From positions 182,714,001 through 182,778,000 of the forward strand of contig OZ024742.1 in the NCBI GenBank assembly GCA_964016885.1: DNA of 64,000 nucleotides, written 5' to 3'. The position numbers and the translations under genes are program-made. This document shows, one piece after another, positions 13,705 to 31,060 of the stretch. The notes beneath the pieces were generated by a model that saw nothing but the letters and a program-made list of their open reading frames with translations, was not told the DNA's origin and ran no database searches. Every line of letters begins with the position of its first letter. Within the stretch, counting starts at the first letter, position 1. The DNA is from Eledone cirrhosa. Lineage: Eukaryota.

Positions 13705-14149
13705 GAGTATCTATAATAATAGTATTTCTATCATTTAGATATAAGTAGGGCTGTGGATTAGCAGTATCGATATGGTTTAAAGAAATGCCCTAGAAAGGCC
13801 GTATATCAATACGGTAACCCCCCCCCCCCCCCCGACTCTCCTGGGAGTTAAGGGACTACACATACAATATGTAAGTTATAAACAATTATTTTGCCTTTAA
13901 ATTGTAGCCAACTTTATTTTCCAAATTAGAAAGATGGACACCAGACAAATGTAAATTGAAATTACAGCAGAAAATATACTATCACTGACCTTTTAGATTT
14001 CGATATTGGTTGATAACCATTTCGGTCATTTTTGTTTGCTTGTTTTTTTGTTTTTTTTCAATTCGAATATTTATATTTAGTTGTATGCGGTGGTGTTGTG
14101 GAAGGAAACCCTACAATATTCGCTGGACAGTAAATCTAAGCAGCACACA

Positions 14150-14420
14150 CCCCTGGAAAAGATGTCAAAAGCATTGGGGCAAGAATAGCCAGCGATACTC
14201 GCTGCATCAGCCATTCCTCCTCAGGAGAGATGTCCTACTCCTGATTTTACGACAGAAAACGGAAGTCATGGGACCGACGACACCGGAGGTCTCGATAGCA
14301 ACCGACACGAAAAGGAAATGGTCAGTGAAAGTCCGATATTTACCTATCTTCCGCTCCACTGCGTTACAGGCGGCGACGCCACGAGGTAATGAGGGTGGCA
14401 CATGAGTACGTGTCGCAACA
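14150..14420 (-). pseudogene. CRE-type retrotransposon 3' (RLE) fragment
   Basis: ERKIGKYRTFTDHFLFVSVAIETSGVVGP parallels KYRSLSDRFAVVPLAVETSGVLGP of the 32.8-35.2 kb element. Confidence 0.7.
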
Positions 14421-14524
14421 TATTGCGATCTAGATGAAATGACGATTATAAACACAGAAACTATCATTAATCAGATAGAGAGGTAATTTAAATAAATTCA
14501 AGTTTAGCGGTGGAATAATTTTAT

Positions 14525-14838
<314 letters not shown>

Positions 14839-16729
14839 GAGCGTGGTGATTAGAAAATCCATAGAGCAACGAAAATACTATTTAGTTATGTCTACTTATT
14901 TAGTTATGTCGTTTTTACAGTTTTGTTGGGTTTCGTGCTTCTATTCTCAGCCATCTTATGACACCATTATTGAGGGGAGTAGGGTAGTCAAGAATATCGA
15001 CCCTAGTATTTGTATGTAACTTCGATAAATTGCCTTTGGTGCCATACGTTTATCTATTCAACGCACCGATATATTGGCAATTCCTATCTCATGTACGTAT
15101 ACACAGTCACACACACACACACACACACACATGTATATACACTCTTATATATATATAAATATATATATATTGTCTGTATACAATTGAAACTACTTATAAC
15201 GTTATCAACCTGTTATGGTTACCAAAGTTTGGTTCCAAACTCCTTGATTACTGTTGTCCGCCGATTATTGTTATCAGAACGCTTCGTCCCAATGTAATCA
15301 GAAGCGGCTTCCACGTGTTGCTTTGCTTCTCGTACATTCCAACTAATGTGAAAGAATATACAGTGATATGAAGGAGCTAATAACCTGTTTCAACCAAATA
15401 GAAAAGTACAAAGAACGAGCTCAGGGAAATCTCCTTCAATCGAGAATTGAGACTGTATGCTGAAATCTTATCACCATCGTACAGAGCAATTTGTTTTATA
15501 TTATATATTTATGTTTTGTAGAATTCTGTAAGAGGAAATGCGGCGCCTAAAGCTTAGATTGCATATTTTGAACCAGTCTTTCAAGATATTTTATAAACTG
15601 TGACCCGAAAAGTCTAGATTCATGAAAGCAATCTCTAAATCTATCCGTGGAAGAGATATAGAGACTGTCGCTTGACTTGCTGCATTAGGGAGAAGTAGAA
15701 ACAACAGAAGGCCACATTTTCTGCTTATATGCATTCCAAATACTATAAACTTTATTTTAATAAGCGAAGAAGAAGCAATGAGAGAACCGCAAAACACCAT
15801 AAACTTTATTCTAATAACCGAACAAGAAATAACGAGAGAGCCTCAATGTAATCGCTTCACCTAAAATAAATATAGCAGTCAAAGCTCTCTCAAGTCACAC
15901 TGTATTTACTTTGAAAACAGAAAAGATACATTAAACAATGTATCTTACAGATACATTGAATAATGAAGTCTTAGATAATCTGTCCGAAGAAAGCAAGACG
16001 GGATGACGAAAACACCATTGACCTTATGTTTATGCGATCATAGCTGACCTGAAGATAAACAACAATAGCAACAACAATGACGACGACGGCCATATAAATA
16101 TAAGTCTATTTGATTGACTGTGTTGCCATAATAACTGTAGATCATTTTTCACTCCAGACTTGCTGTCCTCGCAATAATGGAGAATATATATTAAGAAATA
16201 GTATATAAGTTTCTAATACATTGGTTATTTAATGTCCATTAATAATTTGGTGAGACCGTTTGTGCAACAACTGTGTATTCATGAATCTCCAATCATTACT
16301 TTTATAATGTTCAGATTACCCATTAATAAATATATGGCATAAATGACATTTTCACGTGTGTTGAAAAACTATTTCCCTTCTATTTACATAAGTGAAATAA
16401 GAGGTTATCTGTCAACAGGAAACAAGAACAATTTTAGAAATATTTATGAACTTATACATAATAGATGACATCAATTCCATGTCATTGAGCACTTTTATAA
16501 ATTGACGTTAGTCGACTTAGAAAATGAATCGAGTTTCTGTATAATTATCAGGATTTGCTTGAGATTATTATTGACCATCACAATCTACAACACTTCACCA
16601 TTATTGTTCTCTCGGCTTCCCTCCATTTCATACTTAATATTATAATTAAAAAGTAAAACCCAATAAACTCTTTATTAATGATGTAAATTTACTCAGTGGC
16701 CTGCAACGTATTATCTGAATACAGCTACC

Positions 16730-17110
16730 ATTTTATCATACTGTACTGCACATTGAAATACACAACCGCATTGTACTGTACTGGAATAGATTGTACTATA
16801 CTGCACTATACTCTAAATTATTGTGAATATACTATGCATTATTGTATTCTACTATTCTGCACTCTACACTACTCTACCCTACCCTATTCTAGCGTGTTTT
16901 TCTATTAAGAATATTTGCTACTACCACCGAGATATGCACCCACTATCAGCATCACTCGACTGAAATATACTTTACTATATTGCACTGTAGTGTATTTTTC
17001 TGTACTCCACTTTACTGTATTGTGCTGTCTTATTATTGCACTCTTTTACCACGATAATGTAAATTAACTACACCGTACTATGGTGTACTCAAATGGTTTC
17101 TACTATACTG
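16730..17110. repeat. Degenerate pentanucleotide-like (ACTGT/ACTAT) simple repeat
   Basis: Periodic TACTG/CACTA motifs. Confidence 0.6.
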
Positions 17111-17350
17111 GTTTTTAAACAACGACTCTACCAGGGTTGTTTATTATCTTAATATGAAGTGCATATAATATGTTAATACTGAACACATTACAGATGGCAG
17201 TTGGCAGGCAAGTTAATATAGGTATAAGCTGAAACCGCAGAAATCATGATCAGGATTCTATCTTTTATATATACCAGCCCAGCATTTCATCATGCATCTT
17301 GTACTACATTGATTTGTGATTCTCCCAGTCTTCGTACCACAGACACTACA

Positions 17351-17957
<607 letters not shown>

Positions 17958-18169
17958 GTTTGTGAGTGTGCTTGTGCAGAAGCGTGAGTAGATAATGTAT
18001 ATATCTTCCTTCAAATACAATTATGTGATTATCGTAGACCTCTTGTAATATTGCCGTGCCATTTTTATGAGTAGTTCAAATTATCTCCATTATAGCATAA
18101 GACGGAGAACGAGGACATTGACAAAAAGAATTCTGTATATTGACTGCTTTGTAAAAGAATACATGCAGT

Positions 18170-18203
<34 letters not shown>

Positions 18204-20036
18204 GTTTTCCGTGCATGTCTGTGGTTTTCTGTGTATATATGCGAGCATTCTTGTAAAAACTCCACTTAATATATTTTAATGTCATTGCACAAAGTAGAAT
18301 GGAAAGCAGCAGCAGCAACAACAACAGCAACAACAACAACAATATGAACAATACTAGCTGTAATCTGACATAAATGAAAAAGACTTTTTAAGATAACTTC
18401 AATAGATAGGATCAGCCTTTGAAAGCATCTACTAAAAAGTTTTTTGGACAGAAGCTCAAGTTTAAACGCACGCATAGAATTCAAACTTTCTTAGATTACA
18501 TCTGTTCAACCAACTCTGTCTTCAAGGGTTTTAGTGCTTTAAAACCAGAAAATCATTACTGCACTAAATCACAATCTTGACAAAATCCTCTCCTTCGCAG
18601 ATTATTTATTTCTAGTATAAAGTAATACATTTATTCAATACCAACGTTGATAATTTGGATTCTGTAGAATGGAATTAGCAATTGAAACTATTGTGTAATC
18701 CGAAGAAACGTTTTGTATTCATTTTATTTTATGTTTTATAGTCTAACTCAAAAATGTATGTGGTATATTTAATAATCACACTGTCAAACATCACCACCAT
18801 ACACCTAGATGTATTTAGCTTAGTCCACTCTGAAAGTAACTTACCGCCGTCGCATCTCTCTCAGAGACCTTGAATATGATCACGATTGCTGCCATACCTC
18901 CTTTTTATGTTACACAGGATAGAATTATCTAATAATGCCTGTTTTATGATTCGATAGACTATCAGTGTGATCTTCAACAACACTCTATCCTCTGTATATA
19001 TCTCAAAATCCCGCTCTATTTCCTATGTTTAAGTCAGGACACCGTCCTTAGGCTCCTAGAATGCCCAGTTTTACTCTCAAGACTACGTGAATCTCGTGTC
19101 ATCCTGTTTCGGGGAGTGCTCTCTTTATGTGCCGTACATGTCTTGCTTGGATTCATTAGCCATCATGTCTCTTTTTTCTTACTGTCTCCGATAATTTACC
19201 ACCCCGTATCATGATCTATTTGCTCCTATTATCTTACGATCGTCTAGTAATGTTGTTGAGAAGAGCTTTTCTATTTATCATCTGGCACTAAGAATGGGGT
19301 GAGTTCTTTCGCTACCTTTAGATCTGTTCCATTCATATTCTGGAAACAGTAGCTGCCGTTGCTGTTTCTGACATCTTCGAGAATCATTAATGCATCTATG
19401 CTCATGCTCCACAATAGGATATAAGTGCGAGATGAATCTGTGGTCTTCGGGCGTCATTAACACCGGATAGACACCAGCCGGTCATATGTCATTTCTGTTC
19501 TAATTTCTGTTCTAAATTTCTGCTGTATTCCGCAACTAATTTTAATGATGAGCCAAGACTCAATATGTGCACCATTGCTCCATATATTACGTTACAAACC
19601 GATGAGCGTGTATGTTCTCGATCCAGAAGTTCAGATTTGAGGAAACCCTGAAAGTATTTCGTTTTTTGAGAAGCCAAGGCATATCACTTACTCATTTGCA
19701 CGTTCTTCAATAAGATTGTCTGTCAGACAACGAGGCAGATATGTTCATGACATATTTCTCACACGTTTAAAAAAAAAATACGTATTTATTTATTTACATT
19801 TATTTATTAGGGCAGCTGTTCTATATACAAAACTTTGCTACATAGGCAAAATTACTTATGCAACTGTCATCAGCGTAATTTGGATTATTGACATTCCAAA
19901 TGTGATCGCTTGTTTGTCTCTATATTTTCCGAAGTGTCAATGCCCTTGTTTGTGTTTGTAATTATATCTGTTTGTCTAAGTATCATCATTTTTCTTATTG
20001 TTATTATTTTACATTCAGTTATTCTTTTACTGGTTT

Positions 20037-20432
20037 CAGTCATTAGACAGCGGCCAGTCATTAGACAGCGGCCAGTTATTAGACAGCGGCCAGTCATTAG
20101 ACAGCGGCCAGTCATTAGACAGCAGCCAGTCATTAGACAGCGGCCAGTCATTAGACAGCGGCCAGTCATTAGACAGCGGCCAGTCATTAGACAGCGGCCA
20201 GTCATTAGACAGCGGCCAGTCATTAGACAGCGACCAGTCATTAGACAGCGGCCAGTCATTAGACAGCGGCCAGTCATTAGACAGCGGCCAGTCATTAGAC
20301 AGCGGCCAGTCATTAGACAGCGACCAGTCATTAGACAGCGGCCAGTCATTAGACAGCGGCCAGTCATTAGACAGCGACCAGTCATTAGACAGCGGCCAGT
20401 CATTAGACAGCGACCAGTCATTAGACAGCGGC
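20037..20432. repeat. 18-bp minisatellite (CAGTCATTAGACAGCGGC) x22
   Basis: Head-to-tail units with few single-base variants and no spacers. Confidence 0.97.
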
Positions 20433-21584
20433 CAGTTATCAGATTGCAGAAAGCCTTTTGTCTGACGTTCTAATAATTCTGCCAATCCACCACCTTAATG
20501 ATGGCTTTAAATTTAGGCAGAGGGTAATTTGAGGGTGGGGAATGTCGAATGAATCTACCCCAGTACTTGATTGGTACTTTATTTTATCGACTCCAGATTG
20601 ATGAAAGGCAAAGTTGACGTCGGCAGGATTTGAAAAAAATCAGAATGTAAGGAACGCAACTAAATACCCCCAAAACATTTAACCCATTGCCCTACTAATT
20701 CTGTTATCCAAACACATTTAGTAATATCGATGATCCACTGTTGCATGGATCATTCAAATACTTTAGGTATGTACAAAAATATATAGATAAATAAATAAAT
20801 CGGTATACAGGATATGAAATAGACAATAAAAACTAATTTTATATATATCGAAAACCTGCATATGGGAGTTTTATATTATTGACTTATGTTATGTAATTCA
20901 TTTCTTATACAAATGTCATGTTTTAGCCCACAATTTCAATCAACCGCCTGGGTAGTGCCATCAACTCCTGGTGGTCGACATAGACTACTTTAAAGATCAG
21001 TGTTCTATGCTCACATAAAGTCAGGCATTTTGCAGAAACAGTCGAGTCGAATTAATCGAAGTGTATTGCAATAATCTATGCTATTAAGGAGAAGACAGAA
21101 GACGAACTAGCAATGACCATGGCAGGCATCACTCCCTGACAGGTCAAATTCATACGCTTGATGTTATGTTCAAACATCAGTAAATTGATATCAACATGCC
21201 ACATGCTCGAATTCTAAAGGTTTGACGGACAGAAGAGTCTGGAATTAGGAAATGGTTTAGCATGAATCTGGGGCGGGTCGTAATAAGGGTGGGGAAAAGA
21301 GAATATACTGATGCGCTGTGTGGATCTGAATGGAGTTGATATATAACTGAGTAGACAACGTGCTCAAGTCGCCACGTTAACTAATGTATTATAAAATATA
21401 TAATATTGATTTTTAATATAGGCACAAAGCCAGCAAATACGAGGTAAGGGCAAAATTGTTTAAATCAAGTCCTATATTTGACTGCTACTTTATTTTATCG
21501 GCCCTGGAAGAATGAAAGGTAAAGTTGACCTTGGCGGTATATAAAATGAAAAATATTGATTTTTGATTTAGACACAAGGCCAGC

Positions 21585-21615
<31 letters not shown>

Positions 21616-24600
21616 TGATTAAATTAAGTCTAGTCCGTGACTTGTACTTTATTGTATCGCCTTTAAAAGAAGGAAAGGCAAATTTGATTTGGCAGGATAT
21701 AAAATGAAAGAATGTTAAACGCCCATTATGGTAAGTACTGAACACAAAACACCACGTGGTGACGAACTATCACAGTAATTTCCTCAAATAGGACACATGT
21801 GTGACTCTTTTGGATATTTCGTTACTTTATATATTCAATGTAAAATATCGATAGTCTGATTCTTCTCATACCAGTAAGTGGTATGCTTGGAGGTACTCCA
21901 TTTCGAATAATTTCATTTCGTTGAATTTCTAAGTATTTCGGAAGAAATGCAACTGTTTATATAGAAGATGTGTTTTCAATATTGTGTTAATATTAGAGAA
22001 TGTGTGTACTATTAAGTCAACATACAGTATTATAAGCGTAATAAATGTTTTTTAAAGGAAAAAAATAATAGAATAGGACAATTGTGATTGGTTAATACAC
22101 ACCGAGATTGCAGCTAAAACATTGGCAGTTGACAACAGCAACATCAACAGTGGAATTTATTAATTAATGCCTTCAAGTTTAGGCACAAGGGCTTAATTAG
22201 AGAGGAAGGGAAAGTCAATTAAATCGACACAGTATTTGACTGGTACTTTATTTTATCGACCGCAGACGGAAGGATGAAAGGCAAAGTAATATCCGCTAGA
22301 TTTTGACTCACTACGTAAAAAAACAAGGACAAATACTGAAAAGCTTTTTGCCTAGTGCTCAATTGATTCTACCAATCCAACACCCTAAATGTATTAAGTA
22401 ATAGGCATTCTCAAAGGAAAATTACTAACTTCCATTATTTTAAAATATCTTCCGTTATCCAACCGCAAATGGATAGTAAAACATTAGGGAGATAAAAAGA
22501 ATGAAAGAAAAGAAAAAAAGTGGAAAGAACAATGTTGCTGAAAGATTTTAGTGGCCAACCCAGCAATAAAGATAAGTATAAGCAGTCATTCTGTGATAGT
22601 TCAACTGTAGTTGGGTTTAGCCTCATAAATCTTTGCAATACATTCTCCATTTGCTGTCAATGAACGGCGCCTTGCTGTGCAGCCAAGGCGAGACGAATTG
22701 CTAGATAACTGCTTTCACAAAACAGAAATACATGTCTCATTTGTATATTGTTTCTTTAGTCAGCAATTTACAGCAAACGTTTCTTCTTTTTCACTTTACT
22801 TTAACCCATTTGTTACTGTAATTTATAATGAAGTATACCACTATTGTTTTCAATTCATTTTGAAAATAATCAAGAATAAGGAGTGATTTAGTAATATAAC
22901 AAATTTTCTTCTTGTTAAGTTGGTATTTGAAACCTAACTCAATAATGGTTGTTACATAGAATTTTTTTTTTCTTAGATAATTATAAACACTTTAAAATAA
23001 ACAGCTTAATATCCTAAAATCAAGGGGGTTTCAGATGGTTTACTATCAGCTCTTAAATTCTACATAAAAACACCGTTTTTTGTTCTTCAAAGAAAAAACT
23101 GATGGTTATTGCAAATGTCAATCTAAATAAAAACGAGGAAAAACAAGTCACAGTCGTAGTACAAATATCTACATGGCATTGGTTAACCTAACATTATAGT
23201 AGCATGCCTTGCTCGAAATGTCACGCAGGGGAAGAACCCGAAGCACCGTGACTGCAAAGCGAACTCTTTATTCACATTCTAGCATGTATCTTTGTGCCTA
23301 CGTATTATACAATGAAACAAATAAGGCAAGTAGTTAATTGCTCCATTGTTTTAAGATCGTTTCAAAGACCAAAACATATATTTGACGATATGTTGTCTAA
23401 TCAGTATCAGTTATGCAACTCCATAAAACTAGTCTCGAAAAAGTACGGCCATTCTTCTATTTCTATTCAGAAGCAAAGGTTTAGAAATTTTATTTAAACG
23501 ACAAAAATAGCACAGGTCAGAGGCACTTGAGACGCCAGGCTAAGAGGAAGTGGGGTAACCAATAAAAGATGAAACGTAAAAATGAAATTAAAATATAAGA
23601 ATAGAAATAGATAGACAAATAGTGAAAACTTGCAAGCCAGAATGTGGCTAAAGTGGTCTAGTTTTGGTGATACTATATATATGTATATGTGTGTGTGTGC
23701 ACGCGCGCGCGTTGTTGTGTGTGTGTAAACGATTGGCTTCCGTATAATTGTCTTTTATAAAATTGCACTGCCTAAATATTGGACAACTTGTTCTAGGTAC
23801 CACGTAGATAAACGTATCCGAAAGCACGGATACGTTTTGTGGCTGCAAAACAAATTTCGAAACCATAATGCTATGCCCGAAGCCAAGAGAAATATTCTGT
23901 CACCTTTAAACCAATCCTATACTTTCGGGTATTTTACTGAAGATTAGAGAGTATATTCATCTATAAACTAACAATTTCTCTTGTTAGATTACGGTTGTGG
24001 CTCACATATATAAAAGTGCGACTTAATAATATCTGTTGAAACGAGATTGCCCATGCAATTCGGAGACAAGAACTCCCAGTGGTGTTTAAGAACAACAAGG
24101 AAGATACATAACTTCAATATGACCAGCTGATGAAAATGTTTTCCTTATATTAGACCTCCCCAGTGAAGTATTGTTTTCTCAGTTGGCAAGATTTAGTGAT
24201 GAGTATAGATATAGAAACAATGAAGTGACGCTGAATATGAATATCTATAAACAATATGGCCGAGATAAATATGTCTCAGGAGACGGTTGTACATATTAAA
24301 TATATATATATACAGCAGGGTCCCATATATGTAATATAGTGAGCTGAACAAATATACAGGCTGACTTACTCTGGTGTATGTGATCTGATCTGTAAGAGAA
24401 ACTGATGTGTGAAAATGTGTTGGTTTCTTTTTTACTTTTTTATCTATGTCAACAGATGTAAATTAGGCGAAAATGGCGGGAAGTGGCAAGTGAAATAATC
24501 CATTGACAAATTTCCTTGACTATGTTTTCATTATGTACTTTTCTCTTTCCCTCCCTGTCTCCCATCTCTCTCTCGCCTTCTCCCACACTCTTTCTGTAAT

Positions 24601-24819
24601 GCTTTCTTAAAACTGTGTGTATTTATGTTCCCATACAGGCAGACACACACACACACGCTCATATTTATATATGTGTGTGCGTGTGTGTGTGTGCGCGCGC
24701 GTAGTGTCGTCTGAAACAGTATTCTAATCACTAACAAGCTATCACTTATACAGACACACACGCACACACACACACACACACACAGAAACACACACTCAGA
24801 GTGTGTGTGTCTGTTATAT

Positions 24820-25100
24820 CGACGAGTGTTCCAGTTGATACGATTATTGGAACAACCTGCTCGTGAAATTAACGTGAAATAGGTGAGTAAGTCTCAGACA
24901 TGTGTATCCTTAACATAGTTCTCAGGGAGATTCAGCGTGACACAGAATGCGACATTGCTAGCTCTTCGAATTATAACACATTTTAGCCAGCTGAATAGAC
25001 TGAACAACCTGAAATAAAGTGTAACGCGCCGCCGGGAATCGAACTCACAACCTTACGATGGTGAATCAATTGCCCTAACCACTAAGCCACGCGTCTTCAC
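24820..25100 (-). mobile_element. tRNA-derived SINE, family B
   Basis: Minus-strand head GTGGCTTAGTGGTTAGGG (A box) ... GAGTTCGATTCCCGG (B box), followed by a non-tRNA body. Confidence 0.8.
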
Positions 25101-25246
25101 ATATATACATACAAGCTAACTGTAACAACCAAATATTTCTAATTATCGGTAGTATTATTATTAATACTAATATTATCATCAATGTTTTTCTGATTATTAG
25201 AATAATCATTATCGTTGTTTGCATCTGTAGTTTACCATTAGTAATG

Positions 25247-25422
25247 ATTGTTTCTACTTTAGGCACAAGGCCAGCAATTACCCAGTACATTACTGGTACT
25301 TTATTTTAACGACCCCGTAAGGATGAAAGGCAAAGTTAACCTCAGCAGGATTTGAACCGTAAAGGGACGTAACTATGCTAGAAAGCATGGCGCCCAACCC
25401 TCTACCGATACTGCCAATTCAC
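25247..25422 (-). mobile_element. tRNA-derived SINE A
   Basis: Near-full copy. Confidence 0.9.
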
Positions 25423-25789
25423 AATACATTTATTATGACAGTTATTGTATTTAATATATTATATATATATTTAATGTTTGATATTTAATATTAATATCAG
25501 TAACATTAGTATTATTTTTAGTATCATCATCATCATTATTGAAAATGGCCTTGTTATTATTGTTGTTGTCATGGTAGTTGTCGTTACAGTGACGGTGATG
25601 TTACCACCATGATCAAAGCAAGCCGCAAATTCTTGGCTCCTCTGGCCTTTTCGCTAATTTAACTGGTGCCAGTGTTCAGCGGCATGAACACATTATTGCT
25701 CTGAACAACGTCAGCGGCAATATAATGATAGCGAGGACTGGAGACAACAGACGAAATAATAGACCACAATTAAGCATAGGAACTTCATT

Positions 25790-26190
25790 CGCGAATACAA
25801 GCGGCCGAAATGGGCTTCCTCCAAAAGGTCTTTGGAGTAAGGTTAATCGATAGAGTGCGTAGCTCGAAGATCAGAGAGTCAATCCAGGTAGAGCCGCTAC
25901 TTCTGCGAGATCACAGCTCCGATACTATAGGCATGTGGTTAGAATGTATCAGGAAAGAATTGCTGGAAAGATGTTACGGACAAAACCAACCGGCAGGAAA
26001 CCTAAGGATAGACCCCGATCAAGATGATTAGATAACATCCATAGGCTTGGCTCGTCTTGCTTAGGGATCCAGCCGGATCAATTGGTGACGGTTGCTACTG
26101 ACAGGAACCGCTGGAAGGAGTGTTTGAGGACTCTACACTAACTACCCTCTCGGGAATAAGTGGGCGACAAAGAAGAAAAGAAAAAGAGAA
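25790..26190 (+). pseudogene. RTE-clade LINE 3' fragment
   Basis: RIQAAEMGFL..DRVRSSKIRE..VEPLL, then SQLRYYRHVVRM..KPTGRKPKDRPRSR*LDNI..DRNRW; frameshifted. Confidence 0.8.
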
Positions 26191-26586
26191 CTTTACTCAG
26201 CGCTTGCAAGCTCAACCAATTAGAAGGCAGATACATATACAACTAGAACTTACTAAGAAAAGAGATTCAGAAACTCATGTCTACTGATTGTATGAGCAAC
26301 CGATGAAGTTACATGCATAACCATGAACGAATATTTATATATCATGCAATAAAGCAACTATGGTGAAGTAACCCCGTCTTAACTACTTTTAATTTGATAA
26401 ATGATTGCTCTGTCACTCCTAATCATCAACTTTTAGCTGGGATAAACTACTGACGTGCTTTTGGATCACTTGAACTGGCTTACAGCGTAACAACCACGTA
26501 TAAGCACCTTATCTTCTGCAACTATATATATGTATATATATATGTGTGTGTGTGTGTAAGTATGTGCGCGCGCGCGCTTGTATATA

Positions 26587-26623
<37 letters not shown>

Positions 26624-27093
26624 CATAGTTATGAATCGTTTCGTTCTGCTGAGATCGAACACCACCGAGGTCAACTTTCATCCTTCACAGTTCGATAAAA
26701 TGAAGTACCAGTCAAGTACTTGAGTCGATTTAAATCGATCCCCAGAGCTAAAGCCACTGCCGGTTTTGTGCTTAAATTAGAAAGAACATTCTATGATAAG
26801 AGCGGTAAATTGTACAATCATTAGAACGTCGGACAAAATACTTAGTAATACTTTTTGCTTGATTTACAACATTCTCAATTACCACCGAAGTCAATTTTGC
26901 TTTTCATCTTTCCGGCAACAATGAATTAAAGTAACACTCAATTAGCAAATATCGTTTTAATCGACTTTCCCCTTTTTTCTAAATTGTGAGTTTTACATTT
27001 AAATTACAAACAATTACATATAAGGCGTTAATCGTAATTTTGAAATGTAGTAAATATGTATATAAGTAATATATATGGCTAAACAAACACACG

Positions 27094-27120
<27 letters not shown>

Positions 27121-27125
<5 letters not shown>

Positions 27126-27373
27126 ATTAAAAAAATAAAGAATAAAACAATGAAACAGTTCCTTATATTAAACAAAAAAAGTTCATTATTTAACGATCGT
27201 TTCTAGGACATATATGTGTTAGAATTGGCATGTATACTCAACAGATCTATGTACAAAATTATACAAAATTATAAATTACTTTATCTTGACTCTGTATTCT
27301 TTCCATGATATCCGGATTACATTGAGTTCTTCATACGGATTGGACACTACCGTAAACTCTTGGTAGATTTATC

Positions 27374-27377
<4 letters not shown>
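27121..27377 (-). mobile_element. (TA)n-embedded short element with degenerate hammerhead motif
   Basis: Minus strand CTGTTGA...GAAAC-GATC-GTT; 27297-27377 is an exact inverted copy of 31057-31137. Confidence 0.55.
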
Positions 27378-27413
<36 letters not shown>

Positions 27414-27526
27414 AGTTCTGTCCCAGTTATTCATAGAGCAACATCGGAGGAGGTTGGCACCACTAACACAGGGATATGTGTGGATATATTCATGTATATG
27501 TATGTATCCGCATGTATCTGTGTGTT

Positions 27527-27560
<34 letters not shown>

Positions 27561-27820
27561 CAGATACATATGTGTGTGTGAATGTGTGCGTGTGTGTATA
27601 TGTGTGTTTCAATAATTCGTGTTAGTTTATACAAATAATCAACTAATTATGGTGTAATCAACGTCGTGGATAACCATAAGGGATGCTGTTCATCTGGGTT
27701 ACAGCAGCATCCTTTCGAAAGCGGGCACATCAAAAACCAATATTCAAAACAAAACATTGACTACATTTTCAGCACATATCTGATTAATCGCAAAACGCAC
27801 CACACATCGTTCTTACTCAT

Positions 27821-28178
27821 TGGATTGGCAGTATCGGTAGAGGGTCGGACGCCATGCTTTCAAGCATAGTTACGTCCCTTTACGATCTGAGTTCAAATCC
27901 CGCCGAGATTGACTTTGCCTTTCATCCTTACGGGGTCGATAAAATAAAGTACCAGTAATGCACTGGGTAATTGCTGGCCTTGTGCCTAAAGTAGAAACAA
28001 GTATCGGTAGAGGGTCGGACGCCATGCTTTGACGCATAGGGTTACGGCCCTTGCCATTCTGAGTTCAAATCCCGCCGAGGTTAACTTTGCCTTTCATCCT
28101 TACGGAATCGATAAAATAAAGTACCAGTAATACACTGAGTAATTGCTGGCCTTGTGCCAAAACTAGAAACAATTATTA
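27821..28178 (+). mobile_element. Head-to-tail SINE A dimer
   Basis: Copy 27821-28000 directly joined to a slightly 5'-clipped copy 28001-28178 of the other subtype. Confidence 0.9.
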
Positions 28179-28185
28179 TGAACAC

Positions 28186-29620
<1,435 letters not shown>

Positions 29621-29738
29621 TGGACGAGGTGTCAAATTTTCATTAAGTTTATTCAGGTGTGACGCTCGTTTCACGATTGATCAGCTTAAGGTTCAATCTC
29701 AATCAATCGGGCCTGGCTCTGAAATCAAAAACGAAAAG

Positions 29739-29922
29739 GATTGGTAGTATGGATAGAGGGTCGGACGCCATGCTTTGTAGCAAAGAGTTACGGCCCTTTA
29801 TGGTCTGAGTTCAAATCTCGCCGAGGTTAACTTTGCCTTTCATCCTTACAGGGTCGATAAAATAAAGTACTAGAAATACACTGGAATAATTGCTGGCCTT
29901 GTGCCAAAAGTAGAAACAATTA
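29739..29922 (+). mobile_element. tRNA-derived SINE A
   Basis: Full copy. Confidence 0.88.
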
Positions 29923-30415
29923 ATTTAACACACTCCTGTTAACTAAATGACGGAATGTTTCGCATACAGCGTTAAAAAATATGTTCTCATTCATTTGGGG
30001 ATGGACAGATTTTTTTGTTTTTATTGGTTGTTTTGGGAAGAAAAAATATGTGACGAGGAGGTAGAGGGAAAAATATAGAAAGAAGAAAGGGATTGAGAAA
30101 AAGAATGAATGATGGCGGTGTACATCCAGTGGTAAGGGCGGGGATAGAGTAAGGCGTTGACCGTTTAATAGGGGACAGATTGGCGCTTATGTGGTTATCT
30201 GAGGAGGTGGGAGTAACATTTAAGGAATGATGGCGAAGCAGAGGGAGGGCCAGTATGACAAGGGACGCGTGGTTAGTACAAAGAATGTCCTGTATGTAGG
30301 TGTCATTGAGCTGGTAGACGATAAAGATAAGAGTAAGAATGTGTGGGGATGAAAGAGAGATAAAAGGGAAGATATATATATATATATCAGCCTTTAACTT
30401 CTATCATTTATTCAC

Positions 30416-30449
<34 letters not shown>

Positions 30450-30923
30450 GTTATATATATATAGGTAGTGGTGCATAAACTGTGACGCACTGGTGGTGCT
30501 TACTTCAGACTAACATATGAATATATGTTTAACATTAATGGTTTGAATATATGTTTTGTAACCAAAACTGCATTCCATTAACCAAACGACTTGCAACACC
30601 ACTCATGCAAATATATACACACACATGCATTTCCATGCACACACACATACACACACACACAATTAAACAATAATTTGGACACGCACATACATACTCATCT
30701 ATTGGCTAACATAAATTTGAAGAGCGCAGGAAAACGCATACTAATAATGTGGCACTGTGTGTGTGTGTGTGTATGTGTGTGTGTGTGTGTGTGTGTGAAG
30801 AAGGATTGTGTGTACGCGCGCGCGTGTGGTGCGTGTGTAAAACCTGAAACTACTAGCCGCAATTTTTGTAATATTGGCTTAAATATAATTTACAATATAC
30901 TCTGCATCAGTGCAAGTTTGAGT

Positions 30924-30955
<32 letters not shown>

Positions 30956-30964
30956 GTATAAACA

Positions 30965-31060
<96 letters not shown>

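Noticed and set aside
19885-20485. Four overlapping repetitive ORFs
   Set aside because: By-product of the 18-bp tandem repeat; no gene context
25020-25100. tRNA gene
   Set aside because: Has A/B boxes but no proper acceptor stem and runs into a SINE body; the same applies to SINE A heads
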